A stretch of 64,000 nucleotides of DNA from Squalus acanthias (Eukaryota): assembly GCA_030390025.1 (NCBI GenBank), contig CM059432.1, forward strand, positions 24,244,001-24,308,000, given 5' to 3'. The position numbers and the translations under genes were made by a program. Positions 25,221 to 37,222 of this stretch are shown here, piece after piece; the stretch's first letter is position 1; each line of letters begins with the position of its first letter. The notes beneath the pieces are model-generated. The model worked only from the letters and a program-made list of their open reading frames with translations. It was not told where the DNA came from and did not search any database.

Positions 25221-26526
25221 TTCCTGTCATTTATTCTACAGTATTTCTGAGAAAATACTGACCAAAGTATAATGGTGTAGGTGACCTTTGTATCATTTTG
25301 TTCTCTTATACTACTCACTAGGACTTACTTAGTGATGCTAACAATGCCGGTGGTTGGAATACACCTGCAAAGTCCCCATCTCATGGATTTGTATTTCAGT
25401 GAACTATTAATTTTCCCTATCTCCTGATTAATTAGTTTTGTTTGTAAATAAAGTTGCCACTTCCCGTTGTGATGCCATGTGCAATCAGCCTATGTGGATC
25501 ACTGCAACCTGAAAACCATATACCTACATGTCAGAGGCCAGATCTCATGTACTGAAAACAAAAGGAAACTATTCATCTAAGTTGCTAATGGATTCTCAGT
25601 AAGCAAGACAAAAAAGGGACAAAAAAATTAGAAGTTGGAATGAGCATCAAGCAAGCAAGTCAAAACCAGATGAGCTGTAGGTGAAAGACTGTCAGGATAT
25701 TCCAAAACATCAGTTAAGTGTCAAAACTTAAACTAAACATACCAAAAGTTGATAGTCTAAAACTACTTCAGCAAAACATTTTTTTCAAGCCTGCAAAAAG
25801 GCTGAGCTGAACAAAAGTGTTAGGAATTGCTAGTGTATTGCATCAGGATGAGCAGAGTGGGTGGAAATTAGACAAGTAAGCACATTGATTTGCTGCATGG
25901 GTGATAAGGCATAGGGTGTTCTTGCATCATTCAACCTGCCGATGATGAAAGCAGAAAGCATGACATACTGATGGGAAAGCTCAATAGGCAATTCACTATC
26001 AAGAAAAATGTGATTTATGAAATGGCTATATTGAAGCAGCAGAAGTCATTGCTCCAAGCAGGTGATCCATTGCGAGCAACGCAAACCGCAGCGTCCAGCG
26101 ATGCAATTAAGCCAACAGTCAAGTAGTACAACAAGGACTGTAATAAGTCTGGCAAGTGTAACAGATGTGGAAGCCCACCACACAGCAGGAAGAACTGCTC
26201 AGCTGCAAATGCTAAATGTTGCAAGTGTGGGAAATATGGGCATTGCAGAGTTGTGTGCTGTTCAAGCAAAGGCTATGGAACATCAAAAGAATGATTTAGA
26301 AAATGATTACGATCTAAAGGATGTAGCCCTGAATGAACTGTATATTTGTTCTCTGTTGGAGTATGAGCAATGGACAACGGTTGCCTCTGGGTTGAAGGGA
26401 TCATGGCCGGCAACATTAAAATCACCTTTGAACGCAACTTGAGTTTACAAGCCAATGTCATAACATGGAAGGAGAATAAAATGTGTCTCAAGGACAAGTT
26501 TTAGAGGCATCGCTTATTAAGTTATT

Positions 26527-27245
26527 GGGCTGTATTTTCCGATCGGAGGCTTCCCGTGTGCGGAGGCCTCCGATCTGGAAAAAATCTACGCACTTACCTG
26601 CGGGCTCCGGAGGTCCGGACACTTCCGCTCCTGGGCCTCTCCACGATGAAATGCGCAGGGCCCACGTATCCCAGAGGTGCATGCGGTTCACAAGAGTCCC
26701 TGGGATCGCGTGGGCCATGGGGAGCCAATCAAAGAAGGGAATCTCCCTTCATACACTTGACAGAAGAACTGTCAAATATATGAATGGAGATCACCCCAAA
26801 AACACTTTAAAACATTGAATAAATTTAAAAAAAAATCACATTTTTTAAATTAGTTGAAATTACAATAAATTAAATATTTTAAACAAAAATTTAATTTTTT
26901 GAAAAAAATAATTAAAGTTTTTTACGGGGCTAAAAATAAACTTACCTTTTTTTAAAGTATTTTTAAATGATAAATGAGTGAAATTTTTTATTTTACTTTT
27001 TTCAAATCTTATGCTGGTAAAAGCAAGCCTTACACCTGCTTTTACCAGGCGTAAGATTTCTAAGGGTTTTCTGCGGGCGGAGGTTCTCCAGAAAGCGGAA
27101 CTCTCCGCCCGCAGAGGATTCTTGACAGATCAGAAATGCCGGTTTTCAGCGCATGCGCTTCGCCTGCCTGAAACCGGCATTTCCGACGTCCCTACGGGTG
27201 TGTACACAGCGCGTACATACCCGTAGGGATCGGAATATCCGGCCC
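26527..27245. mobile_element. Harbinger-type MITE, family M2, copy 1
   Basis: TIRs GGGCTGTATTTTCCGATC / GATCGGAATATCCGGCCC and an AT-rich centre. Homologous to 60479-61206. Confidence 0.85.
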
Positions 27246-27926
27246 ACAATCTTTCACCAAACACAGATTAAGACCAGAGGGACAAAAAAACTTAGCTGTC
27301 ACCCATTAGGGAAATGTATGTGTTTTGAAATTTCAAATGGTGATCCGTGAGATGAAAGTGATGCTTGATAAGAATGCTGGGAGGGAGGGGGAACTAATGG
27401 TCTCTTAACAAGAAATGTCAAGGTAGATCAAGATACCAACACTTCACTTATAAACGTACTCAGAGTACAGTGATGTGACTGATGAATTTGCTAGCATGCC
27501 AGGTGACTACAAAATGCAGTTGAATCAAAGAAGTATCACCAATAGTCTAAGCACCTCAGAGAGCACCCCTAGCATTACATGTTAAAGTATAGAAAGAACT
27601 GGAACTTATGATGGGGCTGAGCATAATCAAAGATCTAATAGAGCCAACACCATCGGTGAGCTCTATGGCAGTGGCTAATAAGAAAATCTCTCATCAGTTT
27701 GTTTATGCAGCTTAAAGGACTTAAAGCAATCATTAAAGAACACTGCTCATTGAAGATTTTACTATAAGCTTGTTGAAATGCAACTCTTCTCCATTCTTGT
27801 TGTCAAATCAAGATTTGGCTAAGTGCCTTGATGACAAAATCAGTCACTAACTACATTTAATACTCTGTTTGGACAAAAGAAATTCACACACAAATGCCAT
27901 TTGGCAACTCATCAGTTGTATTTAGG

Positions 27927-28210
27927 TGTCAGTCTTGGCTCAGTGATATGCTAACCCAAGGCCCCGTCTGCCTTTTCAGGTGGACATGAATGATCCCCTG
28001 GTAATATTTGAAGGGTCGCACAACACCAGGTTATAGTCCAACAGTTTTATTTGAAATCACAAGCTTTCGGAACTATCGCTCCTTCCTCAGGTGAAGTAAA
28101 TTGGATACAGAAGAGCAGGGAGTTCTCCTGGTGTGCTGATCAACATTTCTCTCTCAATCAACATGACTAAAACTGATTATTTGGTCATTTATCTCATTGC
28201 TGTGTCTGGG
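27927..28210 (+). mobile_element. Deu-domain SINE fragment hosting a Penelope repeat
   Basis: GTCAGTCTTGGCTCAGTG head and CAGGTGGACATGAA..GAGCAGGGAGTTCTCCTGG core. Confidence 0.7.
28014..28109 (-). mobile_element. Second copy of the family A Penelope terminal repeat with hammerhead core
   Basis: Near-identical to 267-348 with one substitution in stem II. GAAG is present on both flanks. Confidence 0.8.
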
Positions 28211-28963
28211 AGTATTTCAGTGGAAAGTTCATTAATACTAGATGGACTCGAGGAAGTCAAGGTGATCGTCGGTGATATTTTGATGTTCATAGCTATACAA
28301 AACCTATACATGTGGAGTTGATCTAACGTCAGTCATGACTTGGTAGTTCTGACTCTGGACTTTCCCTGTTTGCTGGCAATAAGTGGCACAGTTGGCAGCC
28401 AGTTATCTCCGCTGACTAGATGGGCATCACCTTGCCTCGCAGCTCCATGCGTGTCCTCCCTGAAAGTCAGCGCTTGGTCACAGAGCATGGCCGCTAGAAG
28501 AAGACTGCTCTGCTGATCTAGGGTATATGATGTAACTACTTCCCTGCTACACGAAACCTCAAAGACAATTTGTGTAGCAGTGTTCTCTGCCAACAGAGGC
28601 ACTTTATGAGACTATTTACTATGTGTTATTCTACTCCAACCAATTGTAAATAGAAACCGACAGCCCCACTCTAAACAGAGATCCCCGTTCTCTCTCCCAA
28701 TAAGTTGTTCTTCTCTTCAAAACAATTCAAGACAGAGTTCTCTAGCACGTTGGACTCTTTAATTTCTCTCTCACTTCTCATTTACCACCATAATAGTCTT
28801 TGGCTCTGTTTACCTGATCAAAAAAGACAGTTGGGATAATTAAGTATTTGCAGACTACAAAAGTAAAATGTGCACATATGCTCATGAAATTAAAGAAAAG
28901 GCTTGCTTTCAGATGAAACTTTTCTCACCTCAGTGAGCTGGTTTCTTCCCTTCAGCCCGTAGA

Positions 28964-29420
28964 TGTCAGTCTTGGCTCAGTGGTAGCTTTCACACTTTGT
29001 GTCAGAGGTCATGGCTTCAAGCTCCACTCCAGGGAACTGAGCGCATAATCTAAGCTGACACTCCGCTACAGTACTGAGGGAGGGCTGCACTGTCGAAGGG
29101 GCTGTCTTTCAGATGAGATGCTAATCCAAGGCCCTGCCTGCCTTTTCAGGTGGACATGAAAGATCACCTGAAGAGCTGGGAGTTTTTCTTGGTGTCCTGA
29201 CCAGGACCTGACCCACAAACAACACCACTAAAACTGATTATTTGGTTATTTATTCTCATTGCTGTGTGTGGGAGCTTGCTGTGCACAATTTGACTACTGC
29301 GTTGCCTTACATTACAACAGTTACTTGATTGCACTTCAAAAATGTTCCATTGGCTGTGAAGCACTTTGGGATGTCCTGTGGCCGTGACAGGCGCTATATA
29401 AATGCAAGTTATTTCTTTAC
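28964..29420 (+). mobile_element. Deu-domain SINE (SacSINE1-like), near full length
   Basis: TGGCTCAGTGG A-box, decayed B-box, TGTCTTTCAGATGAGA Deu-like core, and tail GGCGCTATATAAATGCAAG. Confidence 0.8.
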
Positions 29421-29504
29421 CTGTCGCTACCTCAAACACTAGGGGGAACTAAAGGTAGGCACATTCCAAACCCAAATTTAGCACAATTAGAACATTTCTA
29501 AAAT

Positions 29505-30306
29505 AAATAGAAAGAAAGGCGTGCATTTATATAGCGCCTTTCATGACCTCAGGATGTCCCACAATGCTTTACAGCCAATGAAGTATTTTTGAACTGTTGT
29601 CGCCATTGGTAATGCAGGAAACTCGGAAACTAATTTGCACACAGCAAGCTCCCACAAACAGCAATGTGATAATGACCAGATAATCTGTTTTAGTTGTGTT
29701 GGTTGGGGGATTAATTTTGGCCAGGACACTGGAGAGAACTCCTCTGTTCTTAGAAATAGTGCCACAGTATCTTTTACGTCCACCTGGGAGGGCAGACGGG
29801 GCCTCGGTTTAACATTTCATCCCAAAGACGGATTCATTAGAAGCCCATTTTAGACCAGTGCAGATCAGCGTCAGTGGTAGAAAGTAAAGAAAGAAGGACT
29901 TGTATTTATATAGCGTCTTTCGTGATCTCAGGACGCCCCAAAGCATTTTACAGCTAATGAAGTATTTTTGAAGTGTAGTCACTGTTGTAATGTAGGAAAT
30001 GCGGCAGCTAATTTGCGCTCAGCAAACTCCGACAAACAACAATGTGATAAAGACCAGATAATCTGTTTCTTAGTGATGTTGGTTGAGGGAGACACCGGGG
30101 ATAATTCCCCTGCTCTTCTTCAAAATAGTGCCATGGGATCTTTTACGTCCACCTCGGAGAGCAGATGGGGACGGGGCCTCAGTTTCACATCTCATCCAAA
30201 AGACGGCACCTCCAACAGTGCAGCACTCCCTCAGCACTGCACTGAAGTATCAGCCTAGATTTTTGTACTCAAATCTCTGGAGTGGGACTTGAACCCACAA
30301 TCTTCG

Positions 30307-30337
<31 letters not shown>

Positions 30338-30345
30338 AATGGCTA
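29505..30345 (-). mobile_element. Two tandem Deu-domain SINE copies (29505-29830 partial; 29880-30345 full)
   Basis: Reverse complement of the same head, core and tail. B-box GGGTTCAAGTCCC at about 30284-30296. Confidence 0.82.
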
Positions 30346-30721
30346 GCACAGTGCAGCATGCTTTGAAGGCCGCAAGAGCAGTTGTGAGGTGCTCCTGCTG
30401 GCTCTGGAAGGTAGAATGTTCTTTTTCCTTGAAATAAATAAAACAGCAGATATGGCTCTGAAATGGCCTTGTGTGTAGGTATTTCAACCACACCAGCTCA
30501 GGTAATGCATTTTAAGAATACAGATTAAAACTCCCTCTACATGTAAGTGTCAAGCACTCCCAAGTGAAGTATTGGCTAGCTTCACGCCCGAGTTAAGCTC
30601 AGGTCAACTTATCGCATCAAAGGCTGAGCTTAAGGCAGCTGTCAGACAGCTCCCAGTAGCTGGTTAGACTCTCACCTCGGCAAAATCCTGGACAGATGGG
30701 AGTCTCAGTAAAGTTGCTCAC

Positions 30722-30899
30722 CTTTACAATCATTGCTGAAGCTTCTAATTTTATCCCATCTTCAACACTGGGGGTTTTGGTCCCAACAGAACTGCTCTGT
30801 GAATCCAGTGACCTTTTCCAATCCCAGTTAGTGTGACGATGATTCGACTCCTTTCTCTCCACATTCCTGAGATACTGTTCACTCCAAGAATCTTCGAAT
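30722..30899 (-). CDS. Candidate internal coding exon of an unidentified host gene (phase 2 to 0)
   Basis: Acceptor TTCATTTTTAG and donor AAG|GTGAGC. Open frame FEDSWSEQYLRNVERKESNHRHTNWDWKRSLDSQSSSVGTKTPSVEDGIKLEASAMIVK in non-repeat sequence. Confidence 0.45.
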
Positions 30900-32371
30900 C
30901 TAAAAATGAATATTAATTCTAGAATCTAAGTGGAATACAATGGGACTATTTTTGTTACTATGATTATAATTAATGTGAATATATTCGTAATTAATGAAAT
31001 TTGGTTGAATTACTTATCTTAATATTAATTTGTTCTTTTCTTTCCCCTATTTATATGCACTAAACTCACTCGCAGTGTCAGCTACCAAGTCCAGCTCCTC
31101 CCACAGTAACTCCCACTGATGCTGTGTAACCAGGGATGTAAACCTGTCTCCAGGTGACTTCACAAAGGAGCCAGGAACCATGTCACAAAGCAGCCCGGAA
31201 CCATGTCACAAAGCAGCCCAAGCCTCTCCCAGTCTAGGTATTACAGGGTCACATGGCCAGGCTCTGCTCCTGGAGTGCAGTCTCACTGGGCATGAACACA
31301 GGTTGTACAATCAGTCCTGTCTCCAAACCTACTCCCATGTACTGAGACTCCAGGCAGGGAGCACAGACTCCCAAAATTACCACTGATAAATTATCACTCC
31401 CATCCTCCAAATGTGAGGTCCGACTATTCAATGGCCCCTATGTCTACCTCTTGCTTTATACACCAGAAAGTCGCCCCTCTCTTTATATCAGCCAGTGTGT
31501 CTCTCTCCTCCTGCTTTGGCAGATTGTGGGAATGGTGTTTGGGATAAGGCAATAATAGTACAACCTCCTTTGTGCTCTGAAACAAGTCTATACCCTGTAA
31601 CAGGATGGGCATAAGAGGCAATTAGTGAAGGGATCTTCAGGGGTAACAAGTGGTGTGTATTTGGAGCATTAATTGGAGGGAGCATCATGGGCATTAATGG
31701 GGTACAGCTCCTTCTACACTGTCCCATCAAACACTCCCAAGACAGGTATAGCACAGGTTAGATACAGAGTATAGCCTCCCACTACACATTACCATCGAAC
31801 ACTCCCAGGCCAGGTAAAAAAAGAAAGAAAAAAAAGCTGTAATTGAACAATGGGCTTTAAAGAGGAGATGGTTCGGATACAGTCGAGGTACATTCCCACG
31901 AGGGGGAAAGGTAGGGCAACCAAAGTCAGAGCTCCCTGGATAATGAAAGAGCTAAAGGAGGAGAAATGTCTGTGGTTTGTGCCACACGTTAGTGCCAGGA
32001 GATGGCGCTGAAATGCCATTGACAGCTGTAATGACAGCTGTTGCCGGTTCCAGCACCGCACGCGATATCAATGGTGCCGATAGCGCTGCCGGTAAACCTT
32101 AGCACAAGGGAGCTTGCCATCATGGAGATCGTGACATCAGTGAGTGTGCAACGCTCACTGGATGCCCGATGTCCAATATTGGATTTAGCCACTTACCTTA
32201 ATGGCAGCGCAGAACAACGACAGGGAGAATTTTTCGAGGGGGTGACTAGGTGCATGGATGAGGGTAGTGCAGTTGATGTAGTCTACATGGACTTCAGTAA
32301 AGCTTTTGACAAAGTCCCACATGGGAGACTGGTCAAGAAGGTAAGAGCCCATGGGATCCAGGACAATTTGG

Positions 32372-32890
32372 CTGACCTGATCTTGGCCTCAACTCCACTT
32401 TCCTGCCCACTCCGCATAACCCTTGACTCCCCAATAGTTTAAAAATCTGTCTATCTCCACCTTAAATATATTCAATGACCCAGCCTCCACAGTTCTCTGG
32501 GGTAGAGAATTCCAAAGATTCACGACCCTCTGAGAGAAGAAATTCCTCCTCATCTCCGTTTTAAATGGGCGACCCCTTATTCTGAAACTATGCCCCCTAG
32601 TTCTAGATTCCCCCACGAGGGGAAACATCCTCTCTGCATCTACCCTGTCCAACCCCCTCAGAATCTTATATGTTTCAATAAGATCACCTCTCATTCTTCT
32701 AAATTCCATTGAGTATAGGCCCAAGCTACTCAACCTTTCTTCATAAGACAACCCCTTCATCTCAGGAATCAACCTCGTGAACCTTCTCTGAACTGCCTCC
32801 AATGCAAGTATATCCCTCCTTAAATAAGGAGACCAAAACTGTACGCAGTACTCCAGGTGTGGTCTCCCCAACGCCCTGTACTGTTGTAGC
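32372..32890 (-). mobile_element. CR1 3' fragment, abutting plus-strand CR1 RT pieces at 31845-31960 and 32228-32372
   Basis: ORF 32389-32946 contains HLEYCVQFWSPY..RTRGHSFRI. The plus strand reads VYMDFSKAFDKVPH. Confidence 0.92.
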
Positions 32891-33319
32891 ATTGAGGGGA
32901 GGGAAAATTTAGTAGTGAAAAATAGATGAGAAGAAAATGCTGACAAAAGTGACTTTCGTTCAGCAGCCTGGATTTTAACAAATGTTCCAAAAGTGAACGG
33001 TCAGTGTCAAATCCACTGCAGCACCCATATTAATAAATGCACAAGAAAAATTATCTTTCGAGTAACAGCTTGAAGTATTCGTTTCACTTTTTTGAAACCA
33101 ATCAGAGTCCTTTGTAGAAGATTCATAAAAGTTGATAGAAATTCTTTAATCTTGACGTGAAGTTATATATTGCTTATTTGAGTTTTTTACTCTGTGTTAC
33201 TGTTTACTCCCTTGTATGACTGCAATATATGGCACTGTACAAATTTCAAAGAATGCAATTACATTTAATGAACCATGAAGTCTTAAGCACCGACTGAAGT
33301 CAGTTAAACTGGGTAGGTT

Positions 33320-33552
33320 CTATAACTCGGTTGTTCTATCCTCAAGCTTTCCGTATAAACCTTGCACAAGTCTCCACAGAGTAACCTGAGCCCTCTGTGA
33401 GCCTGGTTTAGACGAATAAAACAGAAAAATCTCCAAATGCATTAAAAATACATCAAATTACTGATTTATCATTCTACTTATTTACCTGGAAAGCTATTCA
33501 ATGCAAAAGATAATGGAATTTCTTTAATAAAGTGTCTGTATCCAGAGACTGG
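33320..33552 (-). CDS. Candidate two-exon coding end (33552-33486, 33402-33320) of an unidentified gene
   Basis: 83-nt GT-AG intron with compatible phase. Joined translation PVSGYRHFIKEIPLSFALNSFPGSQRAQVTLWRLVQGLYGKLEDRTTEL*. Confidence 0.3.
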
Positions 33553-34274
33553 CTTATAGCAGGTTATATAAGAATATGAGAAAAGGCAGAGAAGAGAAAA
33601 GTTATTTGGCCTATCAAAGCTCATCCCTCTAGCATCTTAATTGTATTATCTTAGCAACTGTGCCATACAGAACAGGCAGGTCTCTAGTTCAATACCTATG
33701 TCAAGTGAGGTAATTCAGCCAGCTTTTATGTCTACTACCCAACTCCGTAGATTATGCCCAACATTTATCACTCTTTGAATATATTTTTTCACAATATCTA
33801 TTTTGAACTTACTTTTCACCAGTTTCCATTTGGTCCTCGTCCTTCATTCCTTGAAAGTAATAATTGGGGTTTGCTTGAGCTATTGTCAAGTCTAATTGGA
33901 TAGCTCTTTCAAAGAGCCGGCACAAGCACGTTGAGCTGAATGGCATCCTTCTGTGCTGTATCATTCTATGACTCTAACCCACCCCCCCCCATTCGTTTAT
34001 AATACTTCTTGCCCACCACATTTCTCCCCTCTTCTCTTGAAGGCTCCCTAAAGTACTTCACTCAAATGGTCATTCATGTGTGAGCTCAGATGATGAGTGT
34101 CAGCAGGCTAAGAGGGAGGGGGTTGGGGTGGTTTGGAGGAACATCACATACCAGCCTGTTTCCATCGGCATCCATATATGTGCACTTGCCAGCAAGAGTC
34201 ACTGAATTAGTGGGATTAGTTTTAGATTGCTCCAGCAAAGAGCCAACCCCTATAGTGGGCCGAATCACCTCCTT

Positions 34275-34632
34275 CTTCTTCACTCAGAGGGTAGTAGGTC
34301 TGTGGAATTTGCTGCCTCAGGAAGCTGTGGAAGCTACATCATTAAATAAATTTAAAACAGAAATAGACAGTTTCCTAGAAGTAAAGGGAATTAGGGGTTA
34401 CGGGGAGCGGGCAGGAAATTGGACATGAGGCTGAGTTCGGATCGGTCAAGGCCCTATGGGTGGCGTAGCGGGCCCAGGGGCTGAGTGGCCGGGTCCTGCT
34501 CCTACTTCTTGTGTCTTTAGATTTGAGGTTAGGATCAGATCAGCCATGATCTTATTGAATGGCGGAGCAGGCTCGAGGGGCCAATTGGCCTACTCCTGCT
34601 CCTATTTCTTATGTTCTTATGTTCTTATGTTC
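34275..34632 (+). mobile_element. CR1 3' end with a bipartite 3' UTR
   Basis: FFTQRVVGLWNLLP..GYGERAGNWT* followed by two 3' modules and (TTCTTATG)3. Confidence 0.9.
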
Positions 34633-34759
34633 TGTACTGTAAAATTCTGTGCTTCTATGGATAGTGGTTATGAGGGGCAACCCTGCATGATGTTTTTCAT
34701 GGGTGCTGAGGCCAATTGCAGCGCCCCCTACTGCAGTGCAGGCTAAATTATAGACTTAA

Positions 34760-36208
34760 GGGGGAGAAATTCAGTGTAGCTCCGTTTGGTGCGCTAAAAC
34801 TTTAAGGGGGTGAAATTCCCCTAGAGGGCCGTTTGGGGCGATAAGCAAAAATTGTTTGGAAAGTTAGTGCCAGGCGCTAACCTTTTTAAACATTAGTTAA
34901 ATTCCCATTTTTTCATCCAAGAGGGAAGTGGAGCGTTAAATCAAGCGCTCCACTCGCCTCTTGGAGTGCAAGAGGCGGGGAACGTCCCAATCCGGGGCGA
35001 AGTGCTCAGCAGCGCCACAAGTGGCCAAGCATGGCGCTGCCGCGTTGCAGGGGCTCTTCCCTGCATTAAAGGGAAGGGCCCCACGCTGCGAGCTCTGCAG
35101 GTTTATTTTTAGATATGTGGGCCACCGGGGAGCGGGAGTGCCGGGCTGACCAATCGCAGCACAGACGCCACGACCGGTAGCCGAAAAATATAATTTTTTT
35201 TTTTAATTCGGCAGATTTTTTTAGGGCCGGCTGCCCACCGCGCCTTTAAGTAGCACCCCGCTAGCGACCGGCCTCAGTGTTCACGACCCCTGCAGCAGTC
35301 GGTAACATCGCCCGGCGCAGCTGCGGGGCGCGATTGCGAATTTTTCTTCCGAGACATTACCGGGGCACTGCACCCGGAGAAGATCGGGGCGCCACCGCTA
35401 ACCTCCCGCGGAATTTTGCAGGAGGCGCGGTTATCGCCTCGGGGGGGAGCAAACGAGGGAAATTTCTCCCCCTAAAAGTTGAAGAATTGGCGCTAATCAT
35501 TGTTGACTCCTGCGAAAATCATTGTTAGCGCTCCAAGAGGGAAGTGGAGCGCTAAATCAAGCACTACACTCCTAACTTAGGGCGCTAACCTCTAAGAGCG
35601 GGGCACTACCAGCAGAGAGTTGTAGAAGGTCATGCGCAGTCCAAATGGCTCTCTTTAATCACACAGGCTGCTTCCATCTCTTGAAGAGAAGGGCCAATCA
35701 CGCTGTATAACCTCATAGTCATCAGTGGTGTCTTTCAATACGACCTGGGCGACTGCCATTGCCGCCCCCATCACTTTCAGAAAGTGCAGCATTTGGAGAT
35801 GTTTGAGGAAAAGGTGTAAAAAATGTTGTGCAGGCAGCAGACTGGTGCAAGTAATAAACGGTGCGATCACTGAAAGCGCCTTTTTTGCGACGTTCAAGCG
35901 ACACGGAAGCATTCCCTTTAATATACGCTCCTGCAGCGCACTTCCGAGTGCTCAACGCCTCCTCTTACTGGCGTTGTCGGCGCGAGGCGTTAAGCGGGGG
36001 GGTGAAAGGCAATTTTGCATCAGGGCCGTTTACGGGGCGTTGCACACACAGTGACATCACCATGTGAGAGGCACGAGAGGCCTAGGCGCTAACAGTTAGC
36101 GCCAGTGCTAATTCGCCACTGAAGGTCACGTACGGCATTGGATTCACCGCGGCTGGGCACTAACTTCAGGCGCTAACGGGAGGCGCTAACCTACCGAATT
36201 TCGTGGCC
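34760..36208 (-). mobile_element. Non-autonomous Harbinger sharing termini with the 1046-5981 element, TSD TAA
   Basis: Both ends match the reverse complement of the 1046 and 5981 ends. TAA at 34757-34759 and 36209-36211. Confidence 0.88.
34806..35472. mobile_element. Harbinger MITE nested in the previous element, TSD TAA
   Basis: TIRs GGGGGTGAAATTCCC / GGGAAATTTCTCCCCC. TAA at 34803-34805 and 35473-35475. Confidence 0.9.
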
Positions 36209-36867
36209 TAAGGATCAAACTTGGGGACCTGTCCATTCTGTATGGCTCAGCACTACAATATCCAGCACATTGACCAACTGAACCAGGTTTTGCCTGCATT
36301 GCCAGTAACTTGCATCTGAAGTATAACAGTCTGATGCACGGTGGGAAGGGAAATTATTTCATAAAAATCTTGTTGGGCAACTTTTTAAACTTGCACTAGT
36401 GGGTTAATTTTGTTTATTGAGGTTGGAATCAGTGTTGGTTTGTCAAGTTACCCCCCCCCCACCCCTCATGAAATTCAATTTATTCTACACAGTATAAAGA
36501 AATAAGTAAGTAAAATCCCACTCCACCAGCCCTCCACAAGCAGACTCTTGTTTGCATATAGCGAACAGAGTCATAAAAAATTGTTAAATCAGACAGCAGA
36601 ACAGGCTAGCTCCCCTGGAAATGTGTCTTATCTGAAGCTGACTACACTAATGAAATGACTTCTCTGTGTGCCAAAACTATATTACGTACATAAAACATAG
36701 CACAGCTGTGGGATTTCCAACCACTCATGTTTATCTGGATGGAATTGCAACATTGTTTAAGCATAGGAGAAAGAGACCTCCTTCTCATTCATACCATCTC
36801 TTTATCTTAACCAAACAAAAGCCTTGAAGTTACCCCATGGGAGACGGCTTCATTTCTTTGCCATGAT

Positions 36868-37222
36868 AAAAAGAGAAAATGCTGGAAATACTCAGCAGGC
36901 CAGGCAGCATCTGTGGAGAAAAAAACAAAGTTAACGGTTCAGGTCGATGACCTTGCGTCAGAACTGGAAAAAGTTAGAGACCTACAGGTTTTAAGCAAGT
37001 GCAGAGGCCAGAACACCAGGGAGAACTCCTCTGCTCTTCTTTGAATAGGGTCATGCAATCTTTTACGTCTAGCTGAAAGACTGCACCTCTGACAGTGCGG
37101 CACTCCCTCAGTACTGCACTGAAGTGTCAGCCTGGATTATGCGCTCAGACTTTGTGGAGTGGGGCTTGAACCCATAACCTTCTGACTCAGAGGTGCGAGT
37201 GCTACCACTGAGCCAAGGCTGA
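36868..37222 (-). mobile_element. Family B Penelope repeat (36868-37008) adjoining a Deu-SINE 5' half (37010-37222)
   Basis: Homologous to 8607-8750 and to the SINE head (GGGTTCAAGCCCC on the minus strand). Confidence 0.75.

Larger units (their letters stand above)
25480..28290 (+). mobile_element. Highly decayed Gypsy/Ty3 LTR-retrotransposon gag-pol remnant, interrupted by a MITE and a SINE
   Basis: Near 26157-26260: CNRCGSPPHSRKNC...CCKCGKYGHCRVVC double zinc knuckle. At 27480-27910: PGDYKMQL, TFNTLFG, MPFG. Near 28240-28290: GLEEVKVIVGDIL (decayed YxDD). Confidence 0.75.
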
